Assembly (NCBI GenBank): GCA_951406725.2
Contig: OX597838.1
Coordinates: forward strand, 34,534,001 to 34,598,000
Direction of reading: 5' to 3'
From: Octopus vulgaris
Taxonomy: Eukaryota
Length of the DNA: 64,000 bases
This document shows, piece after piece, positions 51,128 to 63,990 of this stretch (position 1 is the stretch's first letter; the number at the start of each line of letters is the position of its first letter). Under the pieces are notes generated by a model. The model made no database searches and was not told the origin of the DNA. It worked only from the letters and a program-made list of their open reading frames with translations. The position numbers were made by a program, and so were the translations under genes.

Positions 51128-53148
51128 TTGTCCCCCTAGCATTGCTTGACAACCGATGCTGGTGTGTTTACGTCCCCGTCCCTTAGCGGTTCGGCAAAAA
51201 AGACCGATAGAATAAGTACTAGGCTTACAAAGAATAAGTCCTGGGGTCGATTTGCTTGACTAAAGGCGGTGCTCCAGCATGGCTGCAGTCAAATGACTGA
51301 AACAAGTAAAAGAGCAGAAGAGAGTACTATGGTCAGCAGTAACTAAAGGCAATACTACGGTCGGTAGTAACTAAAGCATAGTGTTGTGTTGAATAGTAAC
51401 AGCACTCTGCAGTGTTGCTAATCATGTCTACAAATGGCATCATTAGAGAGAGAGAGAGGCTACGTCAGCAAGCTGGCAGAATCGTTAGTGTGCCAAACAA
51501 AATACTTAGCGCCAGTCCTTCCAGCTTTGTTCTGAGTTCAAATCCTGCCGAGGTCAACTTTGCCTTTCATTCTTTCGGGGCTGATAAAATAAGTACTGTT
51601 TGAGCACCGGGGTCTCTTGTAATTTATTATCCCCTCCCTCGAAAATTGCTGGCCCTGTGCCAGAATTAGAAAGAACTCTAGAGTGGGGCCTGGGCATTTA
51701 ACTGGCAGAATTGTTAGAACATCAGACAAAATACCTTGTGCTGTTTGTCTTGGTTCTTTACATTCTGAGGTTGATTTTTCCCTATTAATGTAATACTATA
51801 TTATATTATACTGACTGACCCCTGTTTCCTTAAATTTTCTGGTGTTGTGCCTAAATTAGAAAAAATTGTTACAGAGACACTAAGGCAGAAAGCTGGCAGA
51901 ATCGTTAGCACATTGGGCAAAATGCTTAGTGGCATTTCATTGGTTTTTACGTTCTGAGTTCAGATTCTGTTGAGGTTGACTTTGGCTTTTCATTCTTTTG
52001 AGGATCGGTAAAATGAGTACCAGTTGAGTACTGGGGTCAATGTAGTTGACTTGACTCTTCTGCTGGTCTGGTGCCAAAATTTGAAGCCAATATTACACAG
52101 AGACCCTAAACTTATTGTTGGCAGTTGTTCCTCTTCATGATTGATGTTGGCTGTGACATGTTACAGAGTGAAATACTTGATCTAAAATTATGACATGAAG
52201 TTCAGCCGACAGAAGCCCGTGAGAGAACCTTTTATGTGGCCTCTATGCCTGCTAGAAATAGCAGCTGAATGGCTAATGTGTACAGTTTCCTTCATACCAT
52301 GTTAATTAGTTAAGGCAGCTATGTTAGTGTCTTGCATATGCAAGTAGGTTTCTATCTAAAGAAGGTCAACCTTTATCTAACTGTTGCAGATCCTTACTGC
52401 AAGTTTGGACCCTGATTTTGAATGACCTTAAATGGATTGGCTAAATTGTTAAGTACGTCAGAAAAAGAAGCTTTGCAGTATTTGTTCCAGCTCTTTATAT
52501 TCTGAGTTCAAATCCTGTCTAAGTCAACTTTGCCTTTCATCCTTTCGGCTAAAATATATATAGCAGTCTGGAACTGGAGTCAAAGTTACTGGTTTTCTGC
52601 TTAAGTTAGAAACAAAATATTTGGCACATAAGTTCAAATAATAGGAATGGTTTCATTGGTCTTTACTGAGTTGTTATGATTTTTTTATTATTATTATTGT
52701 GTTATTACTTTGCTTGGGAGACTGGCAAGAGTTGGCATTTGGCCACATAAGATCTGCCTCAGTAAACTCTGTCTGACTCATACAAGTGTGGCAAAGTGGA
52801 TGTTGAGACAGTGATGATGTGTTCTCGTCTACTTGATGTCTGTGACGTAATTTAACAACTAACACCTGACCCTTGTAAGCATTTGGATCAAGTCTCTTTC
52901 CTGAGGAGCACTTGGTATCTTGATGCAGCAATCTACAAATTGTGGGTTCTTCCTCTTGCTCTCAAAGGCCCCTTAAAAGTCCCTACTGATTGAGGCCTCT
53001 CCTACTCTAACCTATGCCATATAAAAAGATAAATACATCACCTTCGTTTAATTATGTTCCTCCCTTCTACTAATGTAACAGTGACAAAGTTGTTTGGTGA
53101 AATTGTAATAATTCTACTGTTAATTGGAATGTTAACTTACGTTCATAG

Positions 53149-53360
53149 CTGATATATACGGAAATGAAGATGAAGATGATGAGGATGAAGATGACCCAGA
53201 TTGGGTCAACGAGGAAAAGGAGCAGTTCCACAATTTCCGTGATAAAAACAAAGACGGCTTCTTGGACAAAGCCGAGGTGACAGAATGGTTGATTCCCGAG
53301 GAGTTTAATCACCTTGATACTGAAGTATCTCACCTTGTGAGGACGTCTGATGTGGATCAG
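53149..53360 (+). CDS. CALU: Calumenin-like coding exon 6a (alternative, acidic; EF-hand 5 and start of 6)
   Basis: Open frame TDIYGNEDEDDEDEDDPDWVNEEKEQFHNFRDKNKDGFLDKAEVTEWLIPEEFNHLDTEVSHLVRTSDVDQ; AG/GT boundaries; 212 nt, phase 1 to 0. Confidence 0.9.
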
Positions 53361-53398
53361 GTGTGTAATAGAGCATTGCCGGTGCAATGCATGAGAAA

Positions 53399-53867
53399 CT
53401 GCTCAACAAACTTATAGAATTTTAACACTTCGAGCCTATTTCATGTAGAAAGTAAAGCAGTGTAGCAGAAAGCTGATGACGGTTCGTCTCTTGTGATTTC
53501 TTCCAGTTCCCCAAAAAAAAGACAGATCTGGAATCAATCATTTCATACCTTTCCTCTTGTGGCACTTATCTACCAGACATTTTACTGCTGACTTTTTTGA
53601 TAAAATAGACAGAACCTCAAGAATATAACACATGGCCATTGAAAGGATTGTGCAAAGAGAACTAATTATTTTTTTATTTATGTCAACATTAGCTTCTCGT
53701 ACAAGGTTGCTAAATTTACTATTGTCTTCTCAATCTATTTGTAAAATTAACTGAATTTTGTATAAAAATTTGAAAATTTTCTTCTCTGAAATATATATAT
53801 ATATTTATATATACATTTCTTTTAAAAAAAATTGAAGTATTGTGTATTCAATGAGTTTGTTGAGCAG
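53399..53867 (+). promoter_or_regulatory. Long-range intronic RNA stem between duplicated exons
   Basis: CTGCTCAACAAACTTAT (53399-53415) pairs with ATGAGTTTGTTGAGCAG (53851-53867), 16 Watson-Crick pairs plus 1 G-U; function inferred. Confidence 0.65.
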
Positions 53868-53922
53868 ATATTTTGACTTGATTTTTTGACGTATGTTTTG
53901 ATGACGGCTTTGCCATTTGTAG

Positions 53923-54125
53923 GTGACATGTGGCCCGGGGATAAGGAGGGAGAGCCAGAACCCGATTGGGTTAAAGGTGAGCGCGAGCAGTTCTCCAACT
54001 ATAGAGACAAAAATGGTGATCATATGATGGACAAAGCGGAAGTGAGGGAATGGCTTCTTCCCTCTGATTACGATCATTCAATTGCCGAAGCAAGCCATTT
54101 AATTTATGAGTCAGATAAGAACAAG
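53923..54125 (+). CDS. CALU: Calumenin-like coding exon 6b (alternative, canonical-type)
   Basis: [68 protein letters not shown]; 203 nt, phase 1 to 0. Confidence 0.95.
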
Positions 54126-56103
54126 GTTTGTAACAGTGAACACTACTGCTTGTCCTTGCCCTTGTTTTAAGGTTTTGTGGTTGCACTTAACTGAAAGCAG
54201 GCTGTTTATTGTTGTTTTAATGTGTTTTCTAATTCTGTTTTCTCTCTCTTCACTCTAACTCTGTAACAATCTTTCTCACTCTCCTCTCCGTCTTTGAGCT
54301 ACTCTGCTATGTTATTTCATGGAATTCATAATAATTAATCGCTCTCTATTCCCAAGCTGACAAAATCTTTAGCATGTCAGGTAAAACGCTTCAAGGCATT
54401 TCTTGTGGCTCTGTGCTCTGAGTTCAAATGCTACCCAGGTCAACTTCACCTTTCATCTCGCGGGGGTCAGTAACCAGCCTTATGAATCCCGAGTTCAAAA
54501 ACTAAAAAAAAAAAAAAAAATTTGGCCCTTTAGCATTCAGATTACTCTGTCAAATGTAATGCTTATTGATTCACATGGTTTTGAATTAAACATGTAATAT
54601 CTCATAGCTTTGAGATTTCAATGATGCAATTTGTTTATTTTAGAATGTAGGGCTGGTGTGAGAGATCAGATCTGTCCAGTTTGAACATAAAACAGGTTGA
54701 ATATTTTTTTGGCCTGATATGGCTGGTTTAAATGCTGAAGAGTTAAACTGCTTTTGGCAGTATAAGGGCCAATAGTATTTAGGGTTTTTTTTTTCCTCTG
54801 TAAGAAAAATGAATTACCTTTGAAAAATCTCTAATATTTAAAACCTTTTTTTCATATTCTATTTCATGAAATTCCATTAACAGAAAAACTCCTTTAGATT
54901 TATTTTCTTCTGATGTTGTCTCTCCTTGCATTTTCTTTATGGTGTTGGTCTCCTTGGTGAGCTTTGTTTGTTACCCTATATATTGTGTGTGTGTGTGTGT
55001 GTATGATAATTAGAGCACATGGCCTGATGGTTTAGGGTGTCACATTCATAACCACAAGGTTGTGGTTTCAATTCTTCAACTGGGTAATGCGTTGTGTTCT
55101 TGAGCAAAACAGTTAATTTCATGTTACTCTGCAATCACTTCAACATTTGATGTGTGGGAAACCACGGCCCCTGTACAGGTAATGTTCATTTGGAAAAAAA
55201 GGGAGTGAGGGTTAAAATTGCATATATTATGAAACTTCTCATGTTGAACTTGTGCATGCTAATGGATTATATATTTACTCCTCACTAGACACACACACAT
55301 TGGCGTTTACTGATGTGACACCTGAATTTTTCTACACCAGAAGAATTTCAATCTTATTTAAGGCTACAATTCAAGAGGGTATTTAGCTTTAAGGACTGGA
55401 CTTGCTCCATCTTTCTACTCTTCTGGGACCTTAACTCTTTTGGTACCAAACTGTCAAAGACTGCCCTTCATTTAATGTTACAGACTCTAGGTTTTAAAGG
55501 GATCTAAATTTCCTTTTAAATTTTATGTTATATTATGTTCCAAAGATAATTATTTTTAATATTATTTAAAAAATTGACAGACAAACTGTATATTAACTGA
55601 AATATGATAAAAGGGTTGGGCCTCACTGGCTGAGGTGTTGGGGTTTGCTGTGCTTGAAAAGACACGTCAAACTAGATAGAATTATGATCATCCATACATA
55701 CAGGCATGCCCTTTGCAGGTGCCATGTGAAATGCACTACATATTGGTGCTGCGTAAACACACTTGTGCTGGTGGCATGTAAAAAGCACCCAACACATTCT
55801 GTGAATTGGTTAGCATTAGGAAGGACATCCAACTGCAGAAACCATGCCAAAACGGCTGGAGTCTGGACAGCTGCCCAACTCGTGTCAAACTCTCCAACCC
55901 ATGCCAGCATGGGAAATGGACATTAAATGATGATGATGATGATCTATATGGCTGTTCAGTTTCCAAAGTGTTAAACTGATCATGCCCCTTTTATTCAGGG
56001 GAGTAGAAACTTAAAGAAATTCATTGTTATGTAATGTATAATTAACCATTTCCAGCTCAGCTTGTCCAAAGATTATATTTCTGTTTTTTCTTTCTCTTTA
56101 CAG

Positions 56104-56208
56104 GACGGTAAATTATCCAAAAATGAGATCCTGGACAAATACGATCTCTTTGTTGGCAGCCAAGCTACGGATTTTGGTGAAGCTTTGAAGTCTCATGATG
56201 AGTTTTAA
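56104..56208 (+). CDS. CALU: Calumenin-like last coding exon with HDEF ER-retrieval signal
   Basis: [34 protein letters not shown]; joined CDS is 325 aa with 6b or 328 aa with 6a. Confidence 0.97.
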   Translation, partial: DGKLSKNEILDKYDLFVGSQATDFGEALKSHDEF

Positions 56209-57379
56209 GCAGAATCTCTCAATTAGAATCATGTGTGAGAAGAAAGAGGAGGAGGAGGAGAAGAGAAAAATCAAATCAAAAAAAGAGAGAACCTCTAAGT
56301 CATCAATATTTGTATTTTTTTTTTTTTTTTTTGACTTTCCTCTCTGATAACATGAAGATGCTGACATATACTGGACTTAAGCTATGGTCACAAGACTTCT
56401 ATTGATGGCAATTGAATGGGTTTTTTTTGTTGTTTTTAAGGAACTGGTGCTGTACCTTATCTCATCTGGTTTTCACATCTACAATTGTAATTGCACATCA
56501 AATTATTATTACTGAGAACAACAGAGTTGGTAGAGTAGCAAATAATAATAATAATAATAATAATCATTAATAATTATTATTATTTTGAATATTGTATAGT
56601 GGTGTATTGGCAGAATCATTGGTATGTCAGACAGAATGCTTAGTGGTGTTTCTTCCGGTCTTAATGTCCTGAGTTCAAATTCCACCAAGGTTGACTTTGC
56701 CTTTCTTCCTTCTGGGGGTCGATAAAATTAAAATACCGGTCAAGCACTGAAGTTGATGTAATTGACGGCCCCTTTCCCCCCAAAAAAATTTCAGGCCTTG
56801 TGCCTATTGTAGAAAACATTATTTTGAACATTGTGCCAATATTAGAATACATTATTATTATTATTTTAATCATATTGGTGTGAACGGCAGAATTGATTGA
56901 ATGTAGAAAACAAACTGCTTTGTGGCGTTCAGTTACGTTCCTTTACATTCTGAGTTCAAACTCGGCTGAGGTCAACTTTACTTCTCATCCTCAAGGTATT
57001 AACAAAATTAATACCAGCCTAGTAACTGGGGTCAATATAACCAACTGTTGTACTTGCCCCCTAAAATACATGGCTTTGTGTCTAAGTTACCAAGTTATTT
57101 CCTTCTGCCAACTCCTGTCCTACAGTATAAGTCTGTGATCATGTGAACTAGCTAAGCTCTGATCCTTAGGGTTTTCCTTTTTTTTTTCTACGTATTTCAA
57201 TTTTCTTGCTTTTACTTCATGGAGTATCCATCAGTCATGCTTCATTGTAAATTAGCTGGGAAAACTGATAATTTTAGATTTAGTTTTGAAGCTATCTTGC
57301 ATTTTTATTCTCTCAGCTTAATCTAGTTTATATATATATATATATATATATATTCAATATATATAGGTGTGTGTGTATA

Positions 57380-57597
57380 CAGGTGCAGACGGTATATGAG
57401 GACATATTTATGGTTTTAGAAAAAAAAAGCTTATATAATAACAGAAAAAACTGTATTTTTTTTTAAATAACATAAACAAAGCTAAATTATCAATTTAATA
57501 ATTTCATTCAATAAACCCACCATAAGCTTCAATAACATGGGGTCGAAATCATTTACAAGCTTTGATTTACATGTCCTCAAATACCATCTGCACCCTG
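57380..57597. mobile_element. Tc1/mariner-type MITE in the probable 3' UTR
   Basis: TA|CAGGTGCAGACGGTATATGAGGACAT...ATGTCCTCAAATACCATCTGCACCCTG|TA. Confidence 0.85.
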
Positions 57598-58766
57598 TAT
57601 ATATATATATACACACACATGTGTGTATATGTACATATATGCATATATATGTGTATACATGTGTATATATATATATATACACACACACGTGTGTATATGT
57701 ACATATATGTGTATGCATGTATATATATATATATATATATATATATTGAATATATGTTTTTATTTTTGAGTTATTAGGTTATCTCCAAAATATTTAAATT
57801 TTTCATATCTATCTAGAAAAGAAACAAAGATTTATTTGTGGATAACCGGTTCTTTTATTATTACTTGCTATTTATTATTTCTATACTATATAGTATAAAA
57901 GCAAAAATTGGTAAAGGTTTTTAGACCTCAGATTGAAGTAGCTTTTGCTATATATATATATTTTTTTTAATTTCCTTTTGTATTTTCATTTTTCCCATTT
58001 CTCAAATTCAAAAAAAAAAAAAATTTTTTTTTCTCCTTCTTTTAATCCTGTAGTATTTGCATGAACAAAAAAAACAAAAAAGTATGTCAGACATTATTCT
58101 CCTATGCAGCCATTTATCATTTGTGTGTCTTGTGGACATATATATCTATACTAGAAATATCTTTTGGCTCTACTTGAAATTCTGCAAGCTTCATGACTGA
58201 TTCAGCATTGAGGAAAAAATTTAAGTATTACAAGGGTTTTGGGAGAGGGGGAAGAAATTTTTGTCAAAAAGCTTTTTTTTATGCATCCTTCGCTATCATC
58301 ACCCACCACCACCACCACAAGCATTTAATGTTCTTAAATTGTGTGTTCTTGTTTTGTGCCAAGTCAGTGAGCCCAAGTTTGATCAAAGGCCTTGACCATT
58401 CAGTCTGTTTTTTTTTTTTTTTTTTTCTTGTTCCTCCCTTAGTTTAGGACTGCATTATTTGATACGTCCTCTATTTAAAAATGATAGGGTGGTGTGGATT
58501 TGGCTGCAGTTTCTTGCATGTCAAGCAAATTTACGTACTGATTCCACTCATCTTCTTGTGTCAGTGTTTTGTGTTTCAACGGGTCCTAAAATCACAGCTG
58601 TTTTATCTGCCTCATCTCAACAGCTTAATTGAGGGCAGAATTGTTAACGACGTCTAATTGTTAATTACTCGTCTTCTTTCTGTGTTTATTATTAACACTA
58701 ATTACCCACCGACATTAACCATTCATCACACTACTTACCCTCCATTTTGACTTTTATTTTCTGTTT

Positions 58767-59018
58767 ATATATATATGTATAATGTGTATATATATATATA
58801 TGTGTATGTATATATGTATGTGTGCGTGTGTGTGCATGTATGTATATGCATGCATGCATGTGTATGTATGCATGCGTGTGTATGTATGTGTGTGTGTGTG
58901 TGTATGTGTGCGTCAGTGCGTGTGTATGCGTGCGTATGCATGCATGCATATGTATGTGTGTATCTGTGTGTATGTATGTATATGTATATATACATGTATA
59001 TATATTATATATATATAT
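58767..59018. repeat. (AT)/(TG)/(TGCA) microsatellite
   Basis: Directly visible. Confidence 0.9.
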
Positions 59019-59148
59019 AAAAGTAATGTTAGGCTTTTTCTTACATAACAAAAAATAAAATCTTTAAAAATTTATTTAAAAAAAAAAAGAATTTATTTTA
59101 TTTTACAACTTTTTTTTTCAAAGTTACACTTTCCTGTTTAAGGTTGAA

Positions 59149-59232
59149 AATAAAGTAGATTTTTTTAATTAAAAAAAAAACAAAACAAATTTGTCATATA
59201 TTGTAGTTTTTGTTATTTTTTCTTGTTGTTTA
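59149..59232 (+). terminator. Candidate polyadenylation signal
   Basis: AATAAA 59149-59154 (also 59054) followed by a GT/T-rich tract; common by chance in AT-rich DNA. Confidence 0.35.
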
Positions 59233-59933
59233 ACTCCAGGCCAGACACAATTGAGTAAATCCAGAAGCAGGCTTTCAACCATGATCATCATCTCTCTTTA
59301 TTTCAAGAATTGTGTGCACATGCACCTAGAAATAGCAGCTAAATTGCAAATGCTCAAAGCTTGCTATATTTTAGCCCTTTTGCATTCAGTTTACTCTATC
59401 AAATGTAATATTTATTTATTCACGTTATTTTGAATTAATCTTGCATTATTTTAGCATTGGTGTGATCATTTATTTTTAAAATGACATTGTAGGGTAGGTG
59501 TGAGAGGCTGGATCTGGCCAGTTTGAGGACAAAACAGAATATTCGGGCCTAACGTAACTGGTTTAAATGCAAAAGGGTTTTAAACAAAGTCGACATCCTG
59601 AATAATGTAAATCTTAGATAAATTGTCTGGGGAAACAAAACCGTGGGATGATCATGGTTGGAATGTCTTGATCAATCATTGGTGGGGCATGCATAGGGTT
59701 ATGCTGAACTTTTATACCTTTTGTACACAATGTTTAATATACCAATAGAGAAAAGGAACAATTTGAGAATGAGTTATTAAAAAAAAAAAATCCTTTACAT
59801 GTGGACAATTTTATCAAGTTTTGACACTTTAGAGACATCAAATCAGTTCATGTTCATTTCATTTTATTCATAAGATCTGATGTTACTAAAGTGGAGATAG
59901 TTTATTTTCTTCGATTTAGTAGTATGTAGGTAT

Positions 59934-60267
59934 GTTCTGAGTTCAAATTCCACCGAGGTCGACTTTGCCTTTCATTCTTTCAGGGTCAATTAAATAAGTA
60001 CCAGTTACGCACTGGTGTTAATATAATCGACTTATTCCCTTTGTCCTTTCTGTGTTTAGCCCCTTGTGGGTAGTAAAGAAATAGGTATTTCGTCTGGTGA
60101 TACGTTCTGAGTTCAAATTCCGCCGAGGTCGACTTTGCCTTTCATCCTTTCAGGATCGATTAAATAAGTACCAGTTATGCACTGGTGTTAATATAATCGA
60201 CTTATTCCCTTTGTCCTTGTTTGTCCCTTCTATGTTTAGCCCCTTGTGGGTAGTAAAGAAATAGGTA
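59934..60267 (+). repeat. Tandem dimer of SINE family B body
   Basis: Two ~170-bp units. Confidence 0.9.
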
Positions 60268-61859
60268 TGTATGTAATTACAAACGTGTGTGTGTGTGTAT
60301 ATTTAGTATAGAACTGGTCAGTACTGAAAGCAATGCCATCTTAATTCTTTATGGAGAAATAAACTGGAGACAGACCTATGTGTGCATCATCATTGTTCGA
60401 CCGTGGTCAAGACAATGGAATTTACCATGCTACGCCAGACTTCACGGTCCATCATGGCATTATGGAGGTCCTGTTGTTGGATGCCTGGAGATTACATCAG
60501 GGTAGGAGAGTGTGCGCCCTCTGGTATTGCGAGTAGATGGCTTCCAGAGGAGAAGAGTAGAAATTATCTCGTTTTCAGCTTTACAACAAATGTCCAGCAA
60601 ACTGGACTCTCCTACCTATGTGTGCAGGTGTGTGTCTAAGAGTGTTAACTCTTTTATCTCTGGCGACAGAACTGAATGGAATGTAAGTGAAGCTACAAAC
60701 AGGCAAATGAAGCCCTCACCAGAAAACTCATTATGCTAAAAATAGCAGCTAAAGGTCTGGTACACAGAATTATATTATTAAGATGACTTATGTGTTGCAT
60801 ACAATTTTTTACACTTTAAGTAAACGTTTTTAATAGAAAGGCAGAAGACACCAGAAGCAAAAATAAGGAATATTCACACAGTTAAATATATAAGTGTTCA
60901 GCATAATTTGTTACATAATCTTTATAATTAATAAACATGATGCTGAATAGAATAATTCCCTGTTTGAACTTTTTTAATTATAAATATGTGTGTGTAATGG
61001 GATGGAAGCACTCTGTCGGTTACGACGATGAAGGTTCCGGTTGATCCGAATCAACGGAACAGCCTGCTCGTGAAATTAAAGTGCAAGTGGCTGAGCACTC
61101 CACAGACACGTGCACCCTTAACGTAGTACTCAGGGATATTCAGCGTGACACAGAGAGTGACAAGGCCGGCCCCTTGAAATACAGGTACAACAGAAACGGG
61201 AGGTAAGAGTGAGAGAAAGTTGTGGTGAAAGAGTACAGCAGGGATCACCACCATCCCTGCCGGAGCCTCGTGGAGCTTTTTTAGGTGTTTTCGCTCAATA
61301 AACACTCACAACGCCCGGTCTGGGAATCGAAACCGCGAGTCCGCTGCCCTAGCCACTGGGCCATTGCGCCTCCACGTGTGTAATAGAAATCTATGGATGC
61401 ACAAAACAGAGAAAATGAAACAAGGACGACTTGTTCAGAAACACCCACGGGTGGGGAACAGCTTTCAAAAATAGCCCCCAATTGTTTTCCCCCCAACATA
61501 CCTATGTCCACGGAATCTACATAGTCCGAGGTATATTTGTAGAGAATTTCATTAAAAAATATCCATTTTCTTGAAGGTTAAGATGAATTGAAGTGGACTC
61601 TTGTGAATTTTCAGTAATTTTGGGAGGGAAAGTGTTTTAGGAAACACATTCCCTCCCAAAATTTTGTATATTCGGAATCTACATGATATAACACATATTT
61701 GTAGACAATTTCATTAAAAATATCTATTTTTTTTGGAAGTTACGGTCATCCGAAGTCGGGGGCACAGAAATCTGTAGTTATGCCAATTCAAAAACACGCC
61801 AACATTGGTTGTCAAGCGATGAGGGAGGAACAAGCACAGACATTCAAACACACATGCAC

Positions 61860-62530
61860 CCATACATACATACACACACACACATATATATATATGTATG
61901 TATATATATATGTGTATTTATATATATGTATGTATGTGTATATGTATGTATGTATATATATATATATATATATGTATGTATATATATATATGTATGTATA
62001 TATATATGTATGTATGTATATATATATGTATGTATATATATATATGTATGTATGTATGTATATATATATATATGTATGTATATATATGTATATGTATGTA
62101 TATATATATATATATATATGTATGTATATATATATGTGTATGTATGTATATATATATGTATATATATATATATATATGTATGTATATATATATATGTGTA
62201 AGTAAATATATGTGTATGTATATATATATATATATGTATATATATATGTGTGTATATATATATGTATATATATATGTGTATGTATGTGTATATATATATA
62301 TATATGTGTATGTATATATGTATGTATATATATATATGTGTATGTATATTTATATGTGTATATATGTGTATGTATATATGTATGTGTATATATATATGTA
62401 TGTGTGTATATATATATATGTATGTGTATATATATATATATATATATGTATGTGTATATATATATATACATATGTGTATATATATATATATACATGTGTA
62501 TATATGTATGTATATATATATATATACACA
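61860..62530. repeat. Long (AT)/(TATG) microsatellite (a second tract at 62895-63055)
   Basis: Directly visible. Confidence 0.97.
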
Positions 62531-62535
62531 AATAC

Positions 62536-62893
62536 TAGAACTGGGTGCCAAGGACTCCAAATTTGCCATCAAGATGTAGGACAAGATACTGCGATAGCCT
62601 GGGCTTCAGAGGTCCACAGCTCTTCAATATCCTCCCGAAGGACCTGAGAGAACTGCATGGGGTGGATGCAGATGACTTCAAAATAAAGCTGGACCTCTTC
62701 CTGTCATGTGTCCCAGATGAACCAACTTCACGGTAGGAGTTGCAGATGTGGGTAGCTACATCGAACTCTCTCATGCACCAAATGGCAATTGTTTAAAAAG
62801 CATTTGTGAAGTAAAATCACGTAGCAACACCGAATGGCGGTGCCCCAGCATGGCCACAGCTTGTGAGCTAAAACTAGATGAGATGAAATGAAA
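62536..62893 (+). mobile_element. CR1/L2-group LINE 3' fragment (ORF2 C-terminus and 3' UTR)
   Basis: [43 protein letters not shown] matches the FN.LP..LR...FK..LD.FL ORF2 tail motif. Confidence 0.75.
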
Positions 62894-62940
62894 ATATATA
62901 TGTATATATATATATATATGTATGTATATATGTATATATG

Positions 62941-62973
<33 letters not shown>

Positions 62974-62986
62974 ATATGTATGTATG

Positions 62987-63055
<69 letters not shown>

Positions 63056-63990
63056 CATCATCATCATCATCATCATTTAACGTCCGCCTTCCATGCTAGC
63101 ATGGGTTGGACGGTTCAACTGGGGTCTGGGGAGCCTGAAAGCTGCACCAGTCCAGTCAGATCTGGCAGTGTTTCTACAGCTGGATGCCCTTCCTAACGCC
63201 AACCACTCCGAGAGTGTAGTGGGTGATTTTATGTGCCACCGACACAGGTGCCAGACGAGGCTGGCAAACGGCCACGCTCGGATGGTGTTTTTTATGTGCC
63301 ACCGACACAGGTGCCAGACGAGGCTGGCAGACGGCCACGCTCGGATGGTGTTTTTTATGTGCCACCGACACAGGTGCCAGACGAGGCTGGCAGACGGCCA
63401 CGCTCGGATGGTGTTTTTATGTGCCACTGACACAGGTGCCAGACGAGGCTGGCAGACGGCCACGCTCGGATGGTGTTTTTATGTGCCACCGACACAGGTG
63501 CCAGATGAGGCTGGCAAACGGCCACGATCGGATGGTGCTTGTTACGTGCCCACAGCACGGAGGCCAGTCGATGCGGTACTGGCTACGGCCACGTTCGGAT
63601 GGTTTTCTTATGTGCCACGTGCCACCGGCACTGGTACCACAAAGATACAAATTCCATTGATGTTTATCTATTTTGATTTGTTTTGATTTGATTTACACTT
63701 GCCTCAACAGGTCTTCACAAGTGTCACAAGAAGGAAGGTATGCACAGGTGGACTGACTACGTCCCAGGTAGGGGCCATGGGTTATGGCCTGACTAGTCTT
63801 GCCGGGTCTTCGGATGGTGTATTTATGTGCCACCGACACAGGTGCTAGATGAGGCTGGCGAACGGCCACGATCGGATGGTGTTTGTCATGTGCCCAACGC
63901 ACTGACTACAGCACTGATGGATTTCTTGTGTGCCACAGGCACTGGTACCACAAGATACAAATTCCATTGATGTTCATCTATTTTGTCTAT
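63056..63990 (-). mobile_element. Retroposon family C with expanded ~61-bp tandem array (~63229-63540)
   Basis: About five copies of ATGTGCCACCGACACAGGTGCCAGACGAGGCTGGCARACGGCCACGCTCGGATGGTGTTTTTT, plus a further copy at ~63825. Confidence 0.9.

Noticed and set aside
53149-54125. Both duplicated exons constitutive, giving an extra EF-hand
   Set aside because: Exon 6a ends in phase 0 and 6b starts in phase 1, so joining them shifts the frame.
60287-60739. Three overlapping ORFs in unique-looking sequence
   Set aside because: No recognisable motif or consistent exon boundaries; could be a decayed element but unsupported.
63229-63540. CRISPR-like regular array
   Set aside because: Head-to-tail units without unique spacers, eukaryotic context and no cas genes.
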